From positions 33,790,001 through 33,854,000 of the forward strand of contig NW_027266308.1 of the NCBI RefSeq assembly GCF_022045235.1: 64,000 nt of DNA, written 5' to 3'. Below the pieces are notes generated by a model that was given only the letters and a program-made list of their open reading frames with translations, was not told the origin of the DNA and did not search any database. Below, piece by piece: positions 22,511-36,552 of this stretch. Both the position numbers and the translations under genes were made by a program. The stretch's first letter is position 1, and each line of letters begins with the position of its first letter. The stretch comes from Haliotis cracherodii (Eukaryota).

Positions 22511-25500
22511 TTCAGCCCAGCAGGGAATCTGGCTTTAAATAGGCCCCCAGCAACCTATCGCTCTATCCACTCTACACAAAAAGAGTTGTACATTTAGTAC
22601 AATTCATTTAGCAGTATTGCAGCAGTAATACACCGGGAGGGAGATTATTGCCAAAATGGGAATCGATTGTCTGCGGCGTGACGAGCGAACATTTGAACCA
22701 CTAGGATACTCTGTCGCACTACCTGCTCGGGCCTCCCGCCCACAATGAGGCGTATCTGCAAGAGATTACACATTCAGTATACAGTCAACGCGTAGACATA
22801 CACGTTACGGCTGCTCGCTTCATAAAATGTACAGACTAAGTTAGGGATTTGAGGTAATGACAAACAAGAAGGGTCCTCACGTATATTAAGAATACAGCTC
22901 CTGTATTCTATTTCTTTGTTGTTTAACGCCGCACTCATCAATATTCCAGCTATATGACGGCGGTCTGTAAATAATTGAGTCATGAGCATCGATCTACGCA
23001 ATTGGGATACGATGACATGCATCAAACAAGTTAGCGAGCCTGACCACCCGATCCCGTTAGTCGCCTCTTAAGACAGGCATAGTGGTTCTGTATACTGATG
23101 GTTGCGCTATGGATTTTAGTCGTTCATATGTCGTATTAGCAGGAATTTGAGCAAAAAAAAATTCAAATACATGATATGTTTTGAAACCCCCTCGTGTTTG
23201 TTCCAAGACACCACTTCACGCGTGATGAGTTACATGCCTTTACAAACGTATAATTGTTGGATCAATCGGTGTTGGGATATGATGACGTTGTATTTAGATC
23301 AACGAGCCTACATGAGTGATAACCCATACGAATGACTGTAATACTCACTAGCTAGCTTGTAAATATAACCCGCCTGCATGCGGGTGTAGTGAGAGAGTTG
23401 GGTTTTACGCCGCTCTGTATTCCAGTTATATCACGGTGTATCAGCGTCATGTGGGAGGACAGACCAAAGTGATGCAGGTCTTAGACGGCAACCACTTTGC
23501 AGAAACCCACGAGCACGGGTATCGTACTGACAAATCAAGAAACATAATCGGGAAGAACCGGGACTCGATATCACAATCACGGGTTTCTGGCGTGTCCAAG
23601 GGGCGCAACTCTGCACAGCGAAATGCGGCGCCATAGGCGACAGGTCTAGCCGTGCCCCACACGAGAATAGAGGCTACGTACCGTCAATCACATTTACCTG
23701 TTCATAGTGATATTCAGAACTCCATTACCAACGTTTAACCTCAGTTTGGGTCAGTAATCTACATATTGTGCTTTAATGGGACCCTGTCTCTATTAGGACC
23801 GCCTCCGTTGTCTAGTGGTAGAAGGGAAAGTTGGCTAGCACTATTAAATTGGTATTAGTCTGGGCTAGTACAAGCAGCCCCGCGCACGCACGCACGCACA
23901 CACACGCGCACGCACGTCGCTATATAAGTGCAATAATCTTGAACACGACGTTGAAACCCATTTCACCTCACCTCTAACTAATACCAGAGGGGTAGCTTGA
24001 AACACGTGGAAAATAAGATACAAGGACCACACTGAGAAGTTAGTTTTCCAATCATACACGAAACTATTTGTTCCACATTCGAGAAGCGTCGCCATCCACT
24101 ATGCTGAAGGTTGTCGTCTCTCAGCTTTCCTAATTCTCCAGGTTGGACAAAGTTAACAATCATCTGGTAAGTACTACAGAGCCGTGCTCCTCATGTCTGA
24201 GATTGTTAAGGAACTCTGTGTAGCAGACACACTGTTGACCACAGTGGATGGAATTCATACCACAGCACCCGAAGATGTCATAATGAATATCATAATGAAT
24301 ATTATCTACATTGAATCACAAATACTACCAAACAGAACTTGACCCGTGAAGATGCGGGTTAGAATAGGTCTTCAGCAACCCATGCTTGCCGTAAGAAGCG
24401 ATTATATCATTGTCGTATTTGAAGAGGCGACTAACGGGATCGGGTGGTCAGGCTCGCTGACTTGGTTGATGCATGTTATCGTATCTCAGTTGCGTGGATC
24501 GATGCTCATAATATCAATCACGTGATTGTCTGGTCCAGACTTGATTATTTACAGACCGCCATCATATAGCTGGAATAACGCTGAATGCGGCGTCCTAATG
24601 CGCGTGCGTGTGCATTTGCATGAATGTGTAAACGTGACGTATCACCAGGTATATTTTGAATTTCTATGTGTGATGGCAGTCGTGTAATTCAAATGCAAAT
24701 AGTGGAATGAAGGTAGTATGTAGTGTGTATGTGTTCGCTCTCATTCTTTACGCCTGTTGACGACTTTCAGAAAAGAATGTGTACTCTGTACTTCAACACC
24801 ATTATCTGGATGCAGACCCAAGTGGATTTTTTTCTATCAGGTTAATAAACAATTACTTCCAGCTTCCAACGCACCGTCCCATCGGGTTTGTTCAAACGAA
24901 CTCGAACAATCGCGAGGCAATCTCACGTTAAGGGTTAATAAAACGCACCAAGGGAAATAACTCGTGTAAGCATTATTACTGTCCTCTCCCATGAGGGCTG
25001 TCCACACTTCTCGTAATGCAATTAAATGTAATGCTGACCGAGTGATATTGAGGGCACCGACGTTGTCTGAATTTCTGATAGGCTGTCATATGCCGATATA
25101 AAGAGGTGTAAATATCACATTACTGCGCGTGGTGATATCATTATGAGGGGGCGTATCATAAGTCAGAGGTTTATTATTATTATTATTCCACTTGCGGTAC
25201 ATATACCGCTTAAACACAATGTGTAAGTTCGGAACCAATGGCGTAGGGCTAGGGTTATGTGTCGTTTTACCATTATGATGCGTTATGTCCATTTTCCCTC
25301 AAGTTCGTCATTCTTTCGAACGACCCCTGCACGCGCTAGGCCATTCGATTCGGACGAAATGGGGCGAACCTCGGCTCAAAGTCTGGAATTGTGAGCGTCA
25401 CTGCGCCTCGAACTTGAAAGTCCTTGAAGAGGGCGCTAACATATACTTATCGTATTTGACTGCTTGAAAAAATATTGAAACATGTGTAGGACAGAATAAT

Positions 25501-25835
25501 GATGATAAATAGAAATTACTCTGAAAAAAACATTTCGTATAATTATCATCAATCTGAATTTATCAATTTGAAATTTTATACAGTTGATAATAATTGATAA
25601 TTTCAGCATATTTGCAACGATGCTATGATGCTATCGTAGTTAATCAGTTGTTAAAATCCTCGATCTGCGTCACTACCATCCAAAGGTGTCATCTTAAACA
25701 GGTTTTGATAAAAGGCAATGCTGTAAATTGAATTCTTATGTTAAACATCATCATTATATATGAGCTCCTTTGGGACTCCGGTGTAGAATAGATAGCATTT
25801 ACTCAACGCTTGACGTAAGAGCCGACTGAAATGAG

Positions 25836-26108
25836 TGAGTGAGTGAGTTGGGTTAACGCCGCTTTTCACAGTATTCAAGTCATATCACGGCGTGTCAGCT
25901 TAATGTGGGAGGAAAGCCCCAAGTGATGCAGGTCTTAGACGTTTACCACTTCGGTGAAACCCACGAGCACGGGTATTTTGCGGACAAACCTAGAAACATA
26001 ATCGGGGCGAACCGGGATTCGAACCCGCAATCATAGGTTTCTGGCGGGGGACGCAACTCTGCACAGCGAATTGTGGCGTCTTAGGCGACTGGGCCACCCG
26101 TGCCCCCT
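25836..26108 (-). mobile_element. SINE family C with 14-bp TSD
   Basis: Reverse complement of the 32767 copy; perfect TSD ccgactgaaatgag (25822-25835 and 26109-26122). Further copies at ~2340-2617(-), 2715-2857(+, partial), 23390-23657(-), 14730-14900 and 46880-47070 (degraded). Confidence 0.85.
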
Positions 26109-28632
26109 CCGACTGAAATGAGGATGGGGTGATTACAATGTGTGACCTGGCCTGTCTGGGTGTCGTAATGTTTGACGTAAATAATATAGCAATATTTCCA
26201 GTGAGGGTAGTCCGCATGTTTTAGGTCGTCCGACCATGCATGCACGTGAATGACATGACGACCCAACCTGCTTGTACTAAAATAAAACCATGGAGATCCG
26301 GGTAGAGAATAGGCAACCCATGATTGCCGTAAGAGGCGACTGACGGGTTCGGGCTGTCAGGCTCGCTGCATTGGTTGATAGTTGATGCATGTCATCGTAT
26401 CCCAATTGCCAAGATCGATGCTCATGGTGTCAATCATCAAATTGTCTGGTTCAGACTAGATTATTTACAGATCGCCGTCATACAGCTGGACTATTGCTGA
26501 GGGCGGCGTTAAACAACAAACAAACAAGTATTAAAATAACAAATGCCAGGATACAACCTCAATTGATTTATTGCATGATGAACAACAAAATAACCACACT
26601 TTGCGTGCATATTATGCAGAGCTGCAAAAGAATAAATAACAATCTACTTGATTGCTCAACAAATGGTCGAGCAGAACCAGTGTATCACTTGCTCATAGAT
26701 ATCCACACTTGTGCATTGCAAATAGCGTATGTAGATTACACTAAACCATGAAAACCAGCATACACAACTTATTCTTGGTCTTGGAGACAAATTATCACCA
26801 CATACATGCATGAATTGAAGTGGTGGATCATATTAACAGAACAGAATACCTTGTGATGACAAACTCTTCATACACTGGTTTGAAGCTGGAAGCAGCCAAT
26901 TAATAAAGGGCAAACAAAACTGTAATATGATGTTATTCCTGAACAGTTCAAATATGCTTGACAAATATCAAGGAATAATCGATTTCGCGAAGCACATATA
27001 TCCTTAGCGGGATAGTTACATAACTAAAGCCCATCACTTTACATATATAATATTACAACGTGTTTACACAGTTATTGTTTACCTTTGAATGTTTATAATC
27101 AAGCCATCTAACATGTAGTGAAAGGTTAAACGCCAGCAATTATTCCTTTTCACATATCCCCAAAAATAATAATAATAATAATAATTGTAAAATAAGGATG
27201 ACGAGATTCCATAGAATATATATGAACATGAGTATACTTTTCTTAAGGCAGCGTGTAATAAGTGTTTGTTGCGCGTAAATCTGAATAAATAGGGGAACAT
27301 TATTATGAAGATTGTTCCAGCTCTGTTAATAGGTGTTATTAAACTAGAGTATCATCACGTAAAATATTGCACTTGATAAACTATATCATTCGAGAGCACT
27401 CGTGTCATTCCGGGACAAGCCGGATGGCGATTCGGAAGGTTACGGAAAGAGACGAGCGGTGACGAATGAACCGATATAACCTGGTTAACCATCCCAAATA
27501 TACACGGAATGAAAGATGATGACTTGATTCAGATGTTGTCTACATGAGTTAGGGTGTGTTATAGAAACCTCTGGTGAACTATAGAGAATGTCACCCAGTG
27601 TCGTTTGATATCAATAATATCAACACGATTAAACTCCGAGGCTGGCTATTTATCGATGAGATTTGATATACTTGATATCAAGACACGAGAGTGAGATTCT
27701 ATTTATTATCCAAAATAATTCTTTCAACTTTTTCGGTTGCAAACAGTAACATGTGTCTTGAGTGTAAACAGTACAGCTAACCAGCTTCAGCGACAGAGGG
27801 ATTAGTGATGTCATATTTACGTCATGTTAAACGATGACGTCACAAGGGTTTACAAAGCATTGTGATGCAATTTATTTGTAGCGATATCTAGGATATCTCC
27901 CGTGGAAGCCAGTTTGGTATGATAAACAATCGCCCTTGACTCATCTATACAAAATGTTGTCTTGGTTCGCAATGGAATATCCCTCATGTGAACCCGAAAT
28001 ATAAAATATTCAAAAAATACCTTGGACACCAATGAATGATATTGTAAAGCAAAGAGACATTATTTCCCGAATCACCTTCAACAGACAATGAATTGAGGCT
28101 TTTTCATTGCTTGGTTTACGGATTTTCAACACAGCATGACTGTGGTCGAAATGAAAGTAACATGCAATTGCAAAACGGATTGTGGTATCAAACGAATGCA
28201 GATCGGTTCATTTTCTTGGACAGTGACCGATTATTATTGACAACTTATCTCTCTCTATATTTTGCAATGAAAAAGAAGATCACAATGAATTTGTTCCACT
28301 ACTACTTTTTTTCTTGCAACATCAATGCAGGGTAAATGATCGTCCGATCTTTAAACCAAGAAATGAAAGTCGCCTAAAGAGCTCAACCAAATACTCTTCC
28401 ATCAGGAACTTCCATAGTATCTTCAGTAGCGATTCCAGGCACAACCATGCACGTCTCCATCGTGGAATGTGTAGACATTAAATAGCACTAACAGGCACGC
28501 CTGAACCTCGCCCTCCCCAGTGTTAAACGCACACGGGGGCTCGGTTCAGGGTGTTTTCTAATGGTAACAATTAAGGCTTGTAGACTTTCAGGGCAAAGCT
28601 CTATTGATGACTACAATGCTACGCTAATGACG

Positions 28633-31600
28633 TCACAGTAGTTTAGTCCTCGTGATGTCGACAAAGGTACAGCCGTCTGGCACGTTGCATTCGTACTCGA
28701 TGTTGTGAAGTGGTTGCCCCCAATGGCAGTGTTTTGTTTCTCCCTCAGTGTAGAACTTACATTGTAGTGCCAACGTCATAGTCACGCCGTTAGACATCTA
28801 CAACATAGGGAATATTTTCAATGTGGGAAAAATCCAGTTTCAACGTGAAAAGGGTACTGCAGTGCAACTTGCTTTGCAGAGTTATAACAAATGCAGAGTT
28901 GCGTCCCTTTGACGACAGGATTTTGACTTAGAATTTGACAATATCACAGAAAGTTGTATTCCCAGACAAAGTATACACTATCTGGGATAAACCTAAAACG
29001 ATTTTCAAAGCGCAGCCCATAAAATAACTATACACGTGGAATCGCTCAACCTAACGGCTTTTAACCTATTTGGGTAAACATTTAAACAATCTCATATGTC
29101 GGTGGGAATATAAGAGAACAAAGAAATCGTTTATTGCTGATTTAAACCAAAGTTTCGATTGAACCATACAAGTCATTTCCAAACGAACTTTCATGTCAAC
29201 CGCCTACCCACCACCCATCCATGGGCGTTGGGGCAGTGGAGAGGACTGGATTATTTTGAAGTGTTTTTTTCTGCAAGTAGATTACAGGCTTTACACATAT
29301 AAAATAACTGTTCAGTGGACTTGATGGATATCCTGGGGAAACATTTTTTTCGGACAAGAGTGTGTCTTGACGCAGTGACAGTGAAAACACCAAACTCCCT
29401 ATGCGCACGCATACGCACACCTAACATGCTCAATGATCGTTAAGCGTTCCCTTACTTCTTTTCATGAGTATATATATATAATTCGAGTCGGGTATACCTC
29501 CAGCACGACCGGGAGCTCCTTCCTCTTGGCGTTCATGCTCTGCTCGAAGCCGACAGTGACCCAGCTGGCCTGGTACTTGCAGCTGTCGTCATCGTCGTGT
29601 TCTGGCTTCACCTGGTCCAACTCCAGGCGTTCACCAGCGATCTGCAGTCGCCTGTACCAAGAAACATAGCAAAGTGGGTATTAAGGTAAGATAAAATGAT
29701 CACATTGAGATTTGAATTTAATCAATGTTTCATAACAAGGTAGTGTTTTAAACACGCTAAGGTGATTTCCCTTTCGATAACATTCGTAAATATATATCTA
29801 CATTTGAATGAAACTGTATTGAACGCATTCATGTTTGGCGTTATATGATCGGGACAAATGGCAGCCCTATCAAGTTTGGTCCCTATAGTTGAAACCCACT
29901 TTACACTACGTGCAACGTTTATACCTGGACTGGACACTGGCAATGGGCAGTGAGATCTAGTCTCCCTGTCACAACAACGCGGCAATTGGCAAAGTGTTCA
30001 CTTGCGCTATGAGGTTTATCTTACGAAAATGACCGCTCCAATATGTATTCCTCGCAATTAACAGCATCGATGACGGTTTCTTGTAAGGAATGGTATCGGA
30101 GTGCTTCAAAATGCAGGTAAACATTGGCGTGATGTTCTCAAAGATTGTTACTTGTAACGCAGCACACGCTGATCAATACTGGGCTTTGGGCTTTTTGAAG
30201 ACTGAAGAGCTGCATGGTTCCCTGAGTATGCTGCGCTGGCGCTACAGGAGCATACCCAGAGAACGAGGCTGGACTGAAGAGATCCTTGCCTGCGGCCAGG
30301 TGCCCAGTCTAGGTCCAAGTGAGGCATTACTGCCGTGTTTGAACCCAGACGCCGAGAGTCTGTGGATATGTGGATAACTCATTACCCGCTTGACTGATAA
30401 ATATAATAATGTTCGAGTGACAGCGGACACGAGTACAGCCTCTCATCAAAATCAATACACAGTCTAAGATACTATTACAGAAGTTTTACTATAGATAGGG
30501 GTTTAAAGGTCATAACTGCCTAGCCTCTATTCTTCAGTATACTGTATCCAAGTGACACCATTAAGAGGGGTTGTACTGTTGTATTGCGTGTGTACTACAT
30601 GTGAGTATACATCTGATTACCCTGGTTTGTGAATTTGAAATATAATATACCTTACCAAGGTAGAATAACTGTTTATTTGTTGTTTTCGCCACAGTTAGTA
30701 ATGTTCCAGCTATATCACTGTAAATAAATCACAGTGTCTGATAAAATGAGCAACGTGAGCAAGGTCCCACCCCGTCGGCTAAGATGACATGCAATCAACT
30801 GTTACATTTAAGTCACCGAGCTTCCAAGTCGCTTCTTACGACAAACAATAAAGTGCTAGGGATCTAACCGGCTCCACACAACGTTAACTGCTGTCCTCAC
30901 ACATTGAAACTGTGGCAACCTATGCTTGATAAAAGCTATTCTTGCTTTCACGAGACTTCCAGATTTACACCTTACCACAGCCCCCTCACCATTATGTTAA
31001 AAAAATCCGACTTTTAAATACGTGTATAAAACAATTTGTTGTGGTTTATCTCATTAGGACCAACATATCTCATGAAAAAACACAACGATAAAAATGTCTG
31101 GGGTAACGTTTGGTAATATTATGGTGGGAGATATATACACCCTGCAGCGTGTAAACTGACGATTGTAACCACCACAATAGTATCTTACTTCAGACACGAC
31201 AAATATCCAAAGCATAGAGACCTGTGAAGATCCGGCGTAGAATAGGTCTTCAGCAACCCATGCTTGTCGTAAAAGGCGACCATGCTTGTCGTAAGAGGTG
31301 ACTAACGGGATCGGGTGGTCAGACTCGCTGACTTGGTTGATGCATGGCATCGTATCCCAATTGCGTGGATCGATGCTCATGATATCAATCACTGGATTAT
31401 CTGGTCCAGACTCGATTATTTACAGACCGCCGTCATATAGCTGGAATATTGCAGAGTGCGGCGTAAAACAACAAACCAAGCAAAGCATAGAAGCCGCTTG
31501 GTCAAGGAGCACGTCTGTCACGAACATGTGACGCTTAGTCACATTTAAGTCGGTACAGTGGGGAACAAACTAGTGCCATTAGTCAACTACACGCACGTCA

Positions 31601-34600
31601 GCTTACAACACATGTTCCATCGGCAACGTTATAATTATGTTTATATATGATAATTGTTTATGCGCCTCATGTCACCTGCTAGCGATGGAATATGGATAAT
31701 GTGGTTCTGTAGCTTAGTGAGAGTGACTGTACATTCGCTGTCTCATGGTTCTGCATATAATTTTATGTCCCTAGTTGCCACGTGGTTACAGGTGTGTCAG
31801 AAACCAACGACCGTCATTTTGAATCCCAGATGATTACGTTCCTCGTGTGTCATAACAATACCCGAGCTTGTGGGTTTGATATGAGCGGTAAACGTTAAGA
31901 CCGCTATCACATGGGGCTTTCCTTACACATACCCGCGACAATTTCAACCAATCTCAACAACTCAATGTATAAGCCCATTCATGATGCCCCGTCCTTCAGT
32001 GACCATCGTTTAAAATATGTCAACTGACACGAAGACCATTTAGTGAGTAACAGAAATGACATTTCCACCTTTCAATGCTCCAACAGATGCGGTCTCAGAC
32101 ACTGTCGTGTCCCAAGATACAGCCCTGAAGCGTGTACTGTGGATGGATCTTGACTGAAGCCAATGCCAACGAGTTGTTGATTGCTGTGGCACGTGAAATC
32201 AATTTGTCCTAAAAATACACTTGCAGCTATGGAGATCATCTTGGGACGCTGGTCCTACGTGTGTGTGTCCCAAATCAATTACGGCCTAAAAATACACGAT
32301 TCACTTAGGGTTATGAAGTGAGTGACAAATACGCCGCATTTCCCACGCTGCATTCAGTCACAAACCATTTCTGAATAGGAAGTACATGCATAATTCATGT
32401 ATCGACAACAACTTTCGCATCAAAGATTCAAATCCCAAATCGAACATTTTTACTTCCTGCTTCAAAGTGCCCATCTTGCGATTTCGGTTTCATTCCAATT
32501 CATTATAAGGAAGAAAGACCCAACAGCATACGATCCGTGTCGACATAGGAATGGATTGTGCAGCCTCCTTACTATCTCATAGTCTTAACCCACTCTTCAC
32601 AGAGACAGGGGTTACATGTGATCTGCTTCTACATCCAACATTAACGCTGTTTCCACAATGTATAGGTGTAGCGTGACACTGCCTCCCGACAGGAGCATTA
32701 CATCGAGTGTAAACGTATGACAACACTATAACTACCTCACAGGTGATGTGTATTCAACAAAATTACGGGGGCACGAGTGGCCCAGTCGTCTAAGGCGCCG
32801 CGATTCGCTGTGCAGAGTTGCGTCCCTTCGGCACGCCAGGAACCTATGATTGTGGGTTCGAATCCCGGTTCGCCCCGATTATGTTTCTAGGTTTGTCAGC
32901 ATCATACCCGTGCTCGTGGGTTTCACCAAAGTGGTAAACGTCTAAGACCTGCATCACTTCGGGCTTTCCTCCAAAACTAAGCTGACACGCCGCGATATAA
33001 CTGGAATACTGTTAAAAGCGGCGTTAAACCCACTCACTCGCTCAACAAAATTACATGACTACCAGCACAAATCGACACATATAAAATGCATCCCCGCTGT
33101 TCCCGTGCCTGTAGCTTGTTTATATGAGGTTTAGAAATGCTGACAATAGTTCAGAAGCCATTGTTAATTGATTTGACTCAAGTTAAAAACAATCATTGAC
33201 CCGTGAAGATCCGGGGTAGAATAGGTCTTCAGCAACCCATGATGGCTGTAAAAGGCGACTATGTTTGTCGTAAGAATCGACTAACGGGATCAGGCTCGCT
33301 GACTTGGTTGATGCATGACATCGTATCCCAACTGCGTGGATCGATGCTCATGATATCAATCACTGGATTGTCTGGTCCATACTCAATTGTTAACAGACCG
33401 CCGTCATATAGCTGGAATATTACTGAGTGCGGCGTTAAACAACAAACAAACAAACAATCTTTAAGTAGGGTCTACATTTTCCCCCCTCTGCTCCTCTTCA
33501 CAAGTGTGAATTCATTTCTTCAGATATATCGTGACTTAACTATAGATATATACGCATTGTGCAATTCTGACACAGAGACAGCAACATTCTTTACTGTCAC
33601 ACGTCTTCGGATAATAAGACGATTGGCACAGTGGTTTAAGGGCTTGTACTTCACGCGGAGCAACTCGGTTCGTTTCCCCAATATGTGATCACCATCTGGT
33701 GACACGGCCATGTTAATTCTGTAATGCTGCCAAATGCAACGTTCGTTCCTCTAATCGATTAATCTACATATTTATAGAATTGCCGGTGACTATGGTGTGG
33801 ACATTACTTTACATGGGACCAGCACATGTACTTCATAATACTGAAATCTGACTTACAATGTAATATGTTACATTAAATGGAAGCTTCTCCGGTCTACAAA
33901 CTATAAATATTTGTGTGTTCTCTTGCACAGGCTGTTTCGCAGAACAGTAGCCTTTGCTAATATAACCCACAATTTATAATAATAAAGCATCTATTAATCA
34001 TGAGTACATAAAATAAATAAAGTTTTCGTAATAAATGTTTTGACTGAACATTTCACTTGTTAATGAACACCAGATGCGTATTCAAGGACATCTGTTGTTT
34101 CTGTCTAACGAATTTCATTTACATTTAAACAACATTCTGAACTAGAGCAGCTGTGTCATGCATGACGGTACACGATTGTCGTGCCTTTGACCTGGTCAGA
34201 GTTTCAGAAAGTCTGATGGCTAAGTGATGTACTTAGGATCCACGCCCTGTGACAAACATTGGCCTCATGTACGAATTGATTGAGTGTAGCCAACACTTTA
34301 ACCCTTTAGTTATATCACTGCGGGCCGAGTGAATGTGTGAAGAAAACCAGAAAGTTCTAGATAAGACGTTCAGCAAACGAAGACAGCGTGTATAGTGCGA
34401 CCAATCCAAGAATAATGATCAGGGAGAATGTATAGAATTCGAAATCACGATCAGCTGATGCTGACAGACAAAAGGGATGTTTCGTTCTGATTTCAACATT
34501 GGCACAATGTGTGAAAGCCCATTTCATGAATCTTGCTCACACGCAGCGTTAAACCCAATTCACACACTCACTCAGATTATAGAACGTTTTTTAAAAGAAT

Positions 34601-36552
34601 TATTTGCATAAAGTACACAACAAAGGATTGGATGAGTACGTGTCTAGCCACATTTACACATTCCATTCATATGCCGGAAGATAATAACCAATGGGTAATC
34701 TATTCAATATTATCCCATTGAAAAGTCGGTTCTTGTTACTTTTTAGCCTGTCAAGCGAACCCTTTATCCACGTAGCTACCCAACCGCAACACTTCACTAC
34801 AATGTCATTGTGCATGGTGTAAGCAGGAGTGGAAATATGTGCAGGGTCGGAATAACATATTGCAGCTAAATCAACCGGGCTTGTATTAATAATATACATC
34901 GGTTTAAATGATGGTACCAGCTGTTGTGATATCCCATGTAAAACTTTTTAAACTTTTAAAGAGCCATTTATCGCGTATTCACTACACAAATGAAAGCGTG
35001 TATTAGGTAACATTGTCAACAGGAACCGCTGTGAAGACATTGAGCTCATGCATATTAAATGCATGTGTAGCTCCCATTTATGTTAATACCTCTCTGAAAC
35101 GAAAGTGTTTGAAAGGGCAAAACGTAAATATTTATATTACTTTCTTTTCTTCCTATTTGACTTATTGTTGTGAAAATGGGGATGCATTTGCATGAGAATA
35201 AAATGTTTTAAACTTAAACTCAAACACTGTAGCTAATATCAAGTTTGAACCAAATAACTATTGATATGTCGAGTGAAGATCCATAACTTGGGGGTACGAA
35301 CAAAAGAAAAAAACACCTTTCCATGTTCATAAGAAATCTCTGCCAAAAACATGAACAACAGCCAGGCAAGAGATCGCAAATACACTATCGTCACTTAACT
35401 TGACTCTTAAAAAAAGACTCGTGAAGGTCCGGGTCAGAAATGGTCTTGAGCATCCCATGCTTGTCGTAAGAGGCGACTAACGGGATCGGGTGGTCAGGCT
35501 CGCTGACTTGGTTGATGCATGGCATCGTATCCCAATTGCGTGGATCGATGCTCATGATATCAATCACTGGATTATCTGGTCCAGACTCGATTATTCAAAT
35601 ACTACTAATTTGTATCCTGTATATTGTATCATTAAACGCCCGTGTAGTTGTATATAGGTTCGGCTTTGGCACTTATGGTAGAAGTGTAGTGGTAGTGGAG
35701 ACAGCAAGAGGCAAACGTGAAATTTTGTTAACTCTGTTAAATCAGCAATATGCTGTAATGGTACTCGGCGTCGGTTCTACTTACGGATACCCTCGACATG
35801 TATTCGAGGGTCACAGGTATTCGAGATAACGAGGTTTCACTGTCGTTAACAGTGGGGGTACCATACTTTAACATAGACCTACGATCGCGTTGTGGTCCAT
35901 GTTTTATTTGTCCACGGTATCGAAAAACTGCGATGTTTTCAGTTATGATATAAAGCCGAACTTAATACGCCGATACATATCTTTCTACATTAACATTACA
36001 TATCTTAAGTTCAAGTATCTTGATTCATGCATTACGTCAGAGGGAAACAATACATCAAAGAATTCTATGGTGATTTCCCATCCATCGGTCATCCCTATGT
36101 ACAGCCAAATATCGTGTCGGTATGTCGTTAATATGAACATTACGCCTTTACACATCTCAAGAGAAACAACAATAACCTACAAGAGACAAGTAGGCGGCAC
36201 TGGTGTCAGAACGTGGACAAACGAGAGTGAAGATGTCATGCAAATGACATATGACAAGCGGTCGTTGATCGAGCAAGCCCCTTGTGTATTCGCGTCAACC
36301 TTTGAAGACAAATATTATACATCAACATACCATTCGTGTCACCTGAACAACGAACAGAAGCACAGAGGATATGGTTTATACTTACAATAAAGTACGTTGG
36401 GGGCGGATCACAACGCTCACCGTGTAGGTTGAGTTGACGTTTAGTTTAATAGTGTTGCAGACGGAAAACCTCTGCCCGTCCTGCTTCTGATACACCGGTT
36501 CATCCTTCGGTTGCTTGGTGAACGCCAAGAATACTTTGAAGTTACTCGCCAT
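28633..36552 (-). CDS. CNRIP1: CB1 cannabinoid receptor-interacting protein 1 homolog (CRIP1a), 161 aa
   Basis: Exons 36552-36386, 29651-29498, 28797-28633, GT-AG and in frame. MASNFKVFLAFTKQPKDEPVYQKQDGQRFSVCNTIKLNVNSTYTVSVVIRP...LQCKFYTEGETKHCHWGQPLHNIEYEC matches the CRIP1a motifs PVFYKVDGQRF..TIKL and KFY....HCQWG....IEYEC. Absent from the supplied ORF track. Confidence 0.93.
31219..31480 (+). mobile_element. Short retroposon family A with TSD
   Basis: GACC.GTGAAGATCCGG...GCTGGAATATTGCAGAGTGCGGCGTAAAACAACAAAC, flanked by aaagcataga repeats. Confidence 0.85.
32767..33041 (+). mobile_element. tRNA-headed SINE family C (V-domain/RUDI-like)
   Basis: A-box-like TGGCCCAGTCGTCTAAGGCG, B box GGTTCGAATCC, V-domain-like CCCGTGCTCGTGGGTTTC...TTTCCTCC, tail GATATAACTGGAATACTGTTAAAAGCGGCGTTAAAC; 13-bp TSD tcaacaaaattac. 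Confidence 0.8.
33198..33455 (+). mobile_element. Short retroposon family A
   Basis: Full head and (CAAA)n tail, flanked by aacaatc(a/t)tt. Confidence 0.85.

Noticed and set aside
27375-27480. Neuropeptide-like GYGKRR / WRFGR strings
   Set aside because: No start codon, signal peptide or in-frame exon connection found; likely chance.
30090-30377. GC-richer 95-aa ORF in CNRIP1 intron 1
   Set aside because: No recognisable homology or splice framework.
35890-36390. 166-aa plus-strand ORF
   Set aside because: Non-ATG start, no recognisable domain, and antisense within a CNRIP1 intron.
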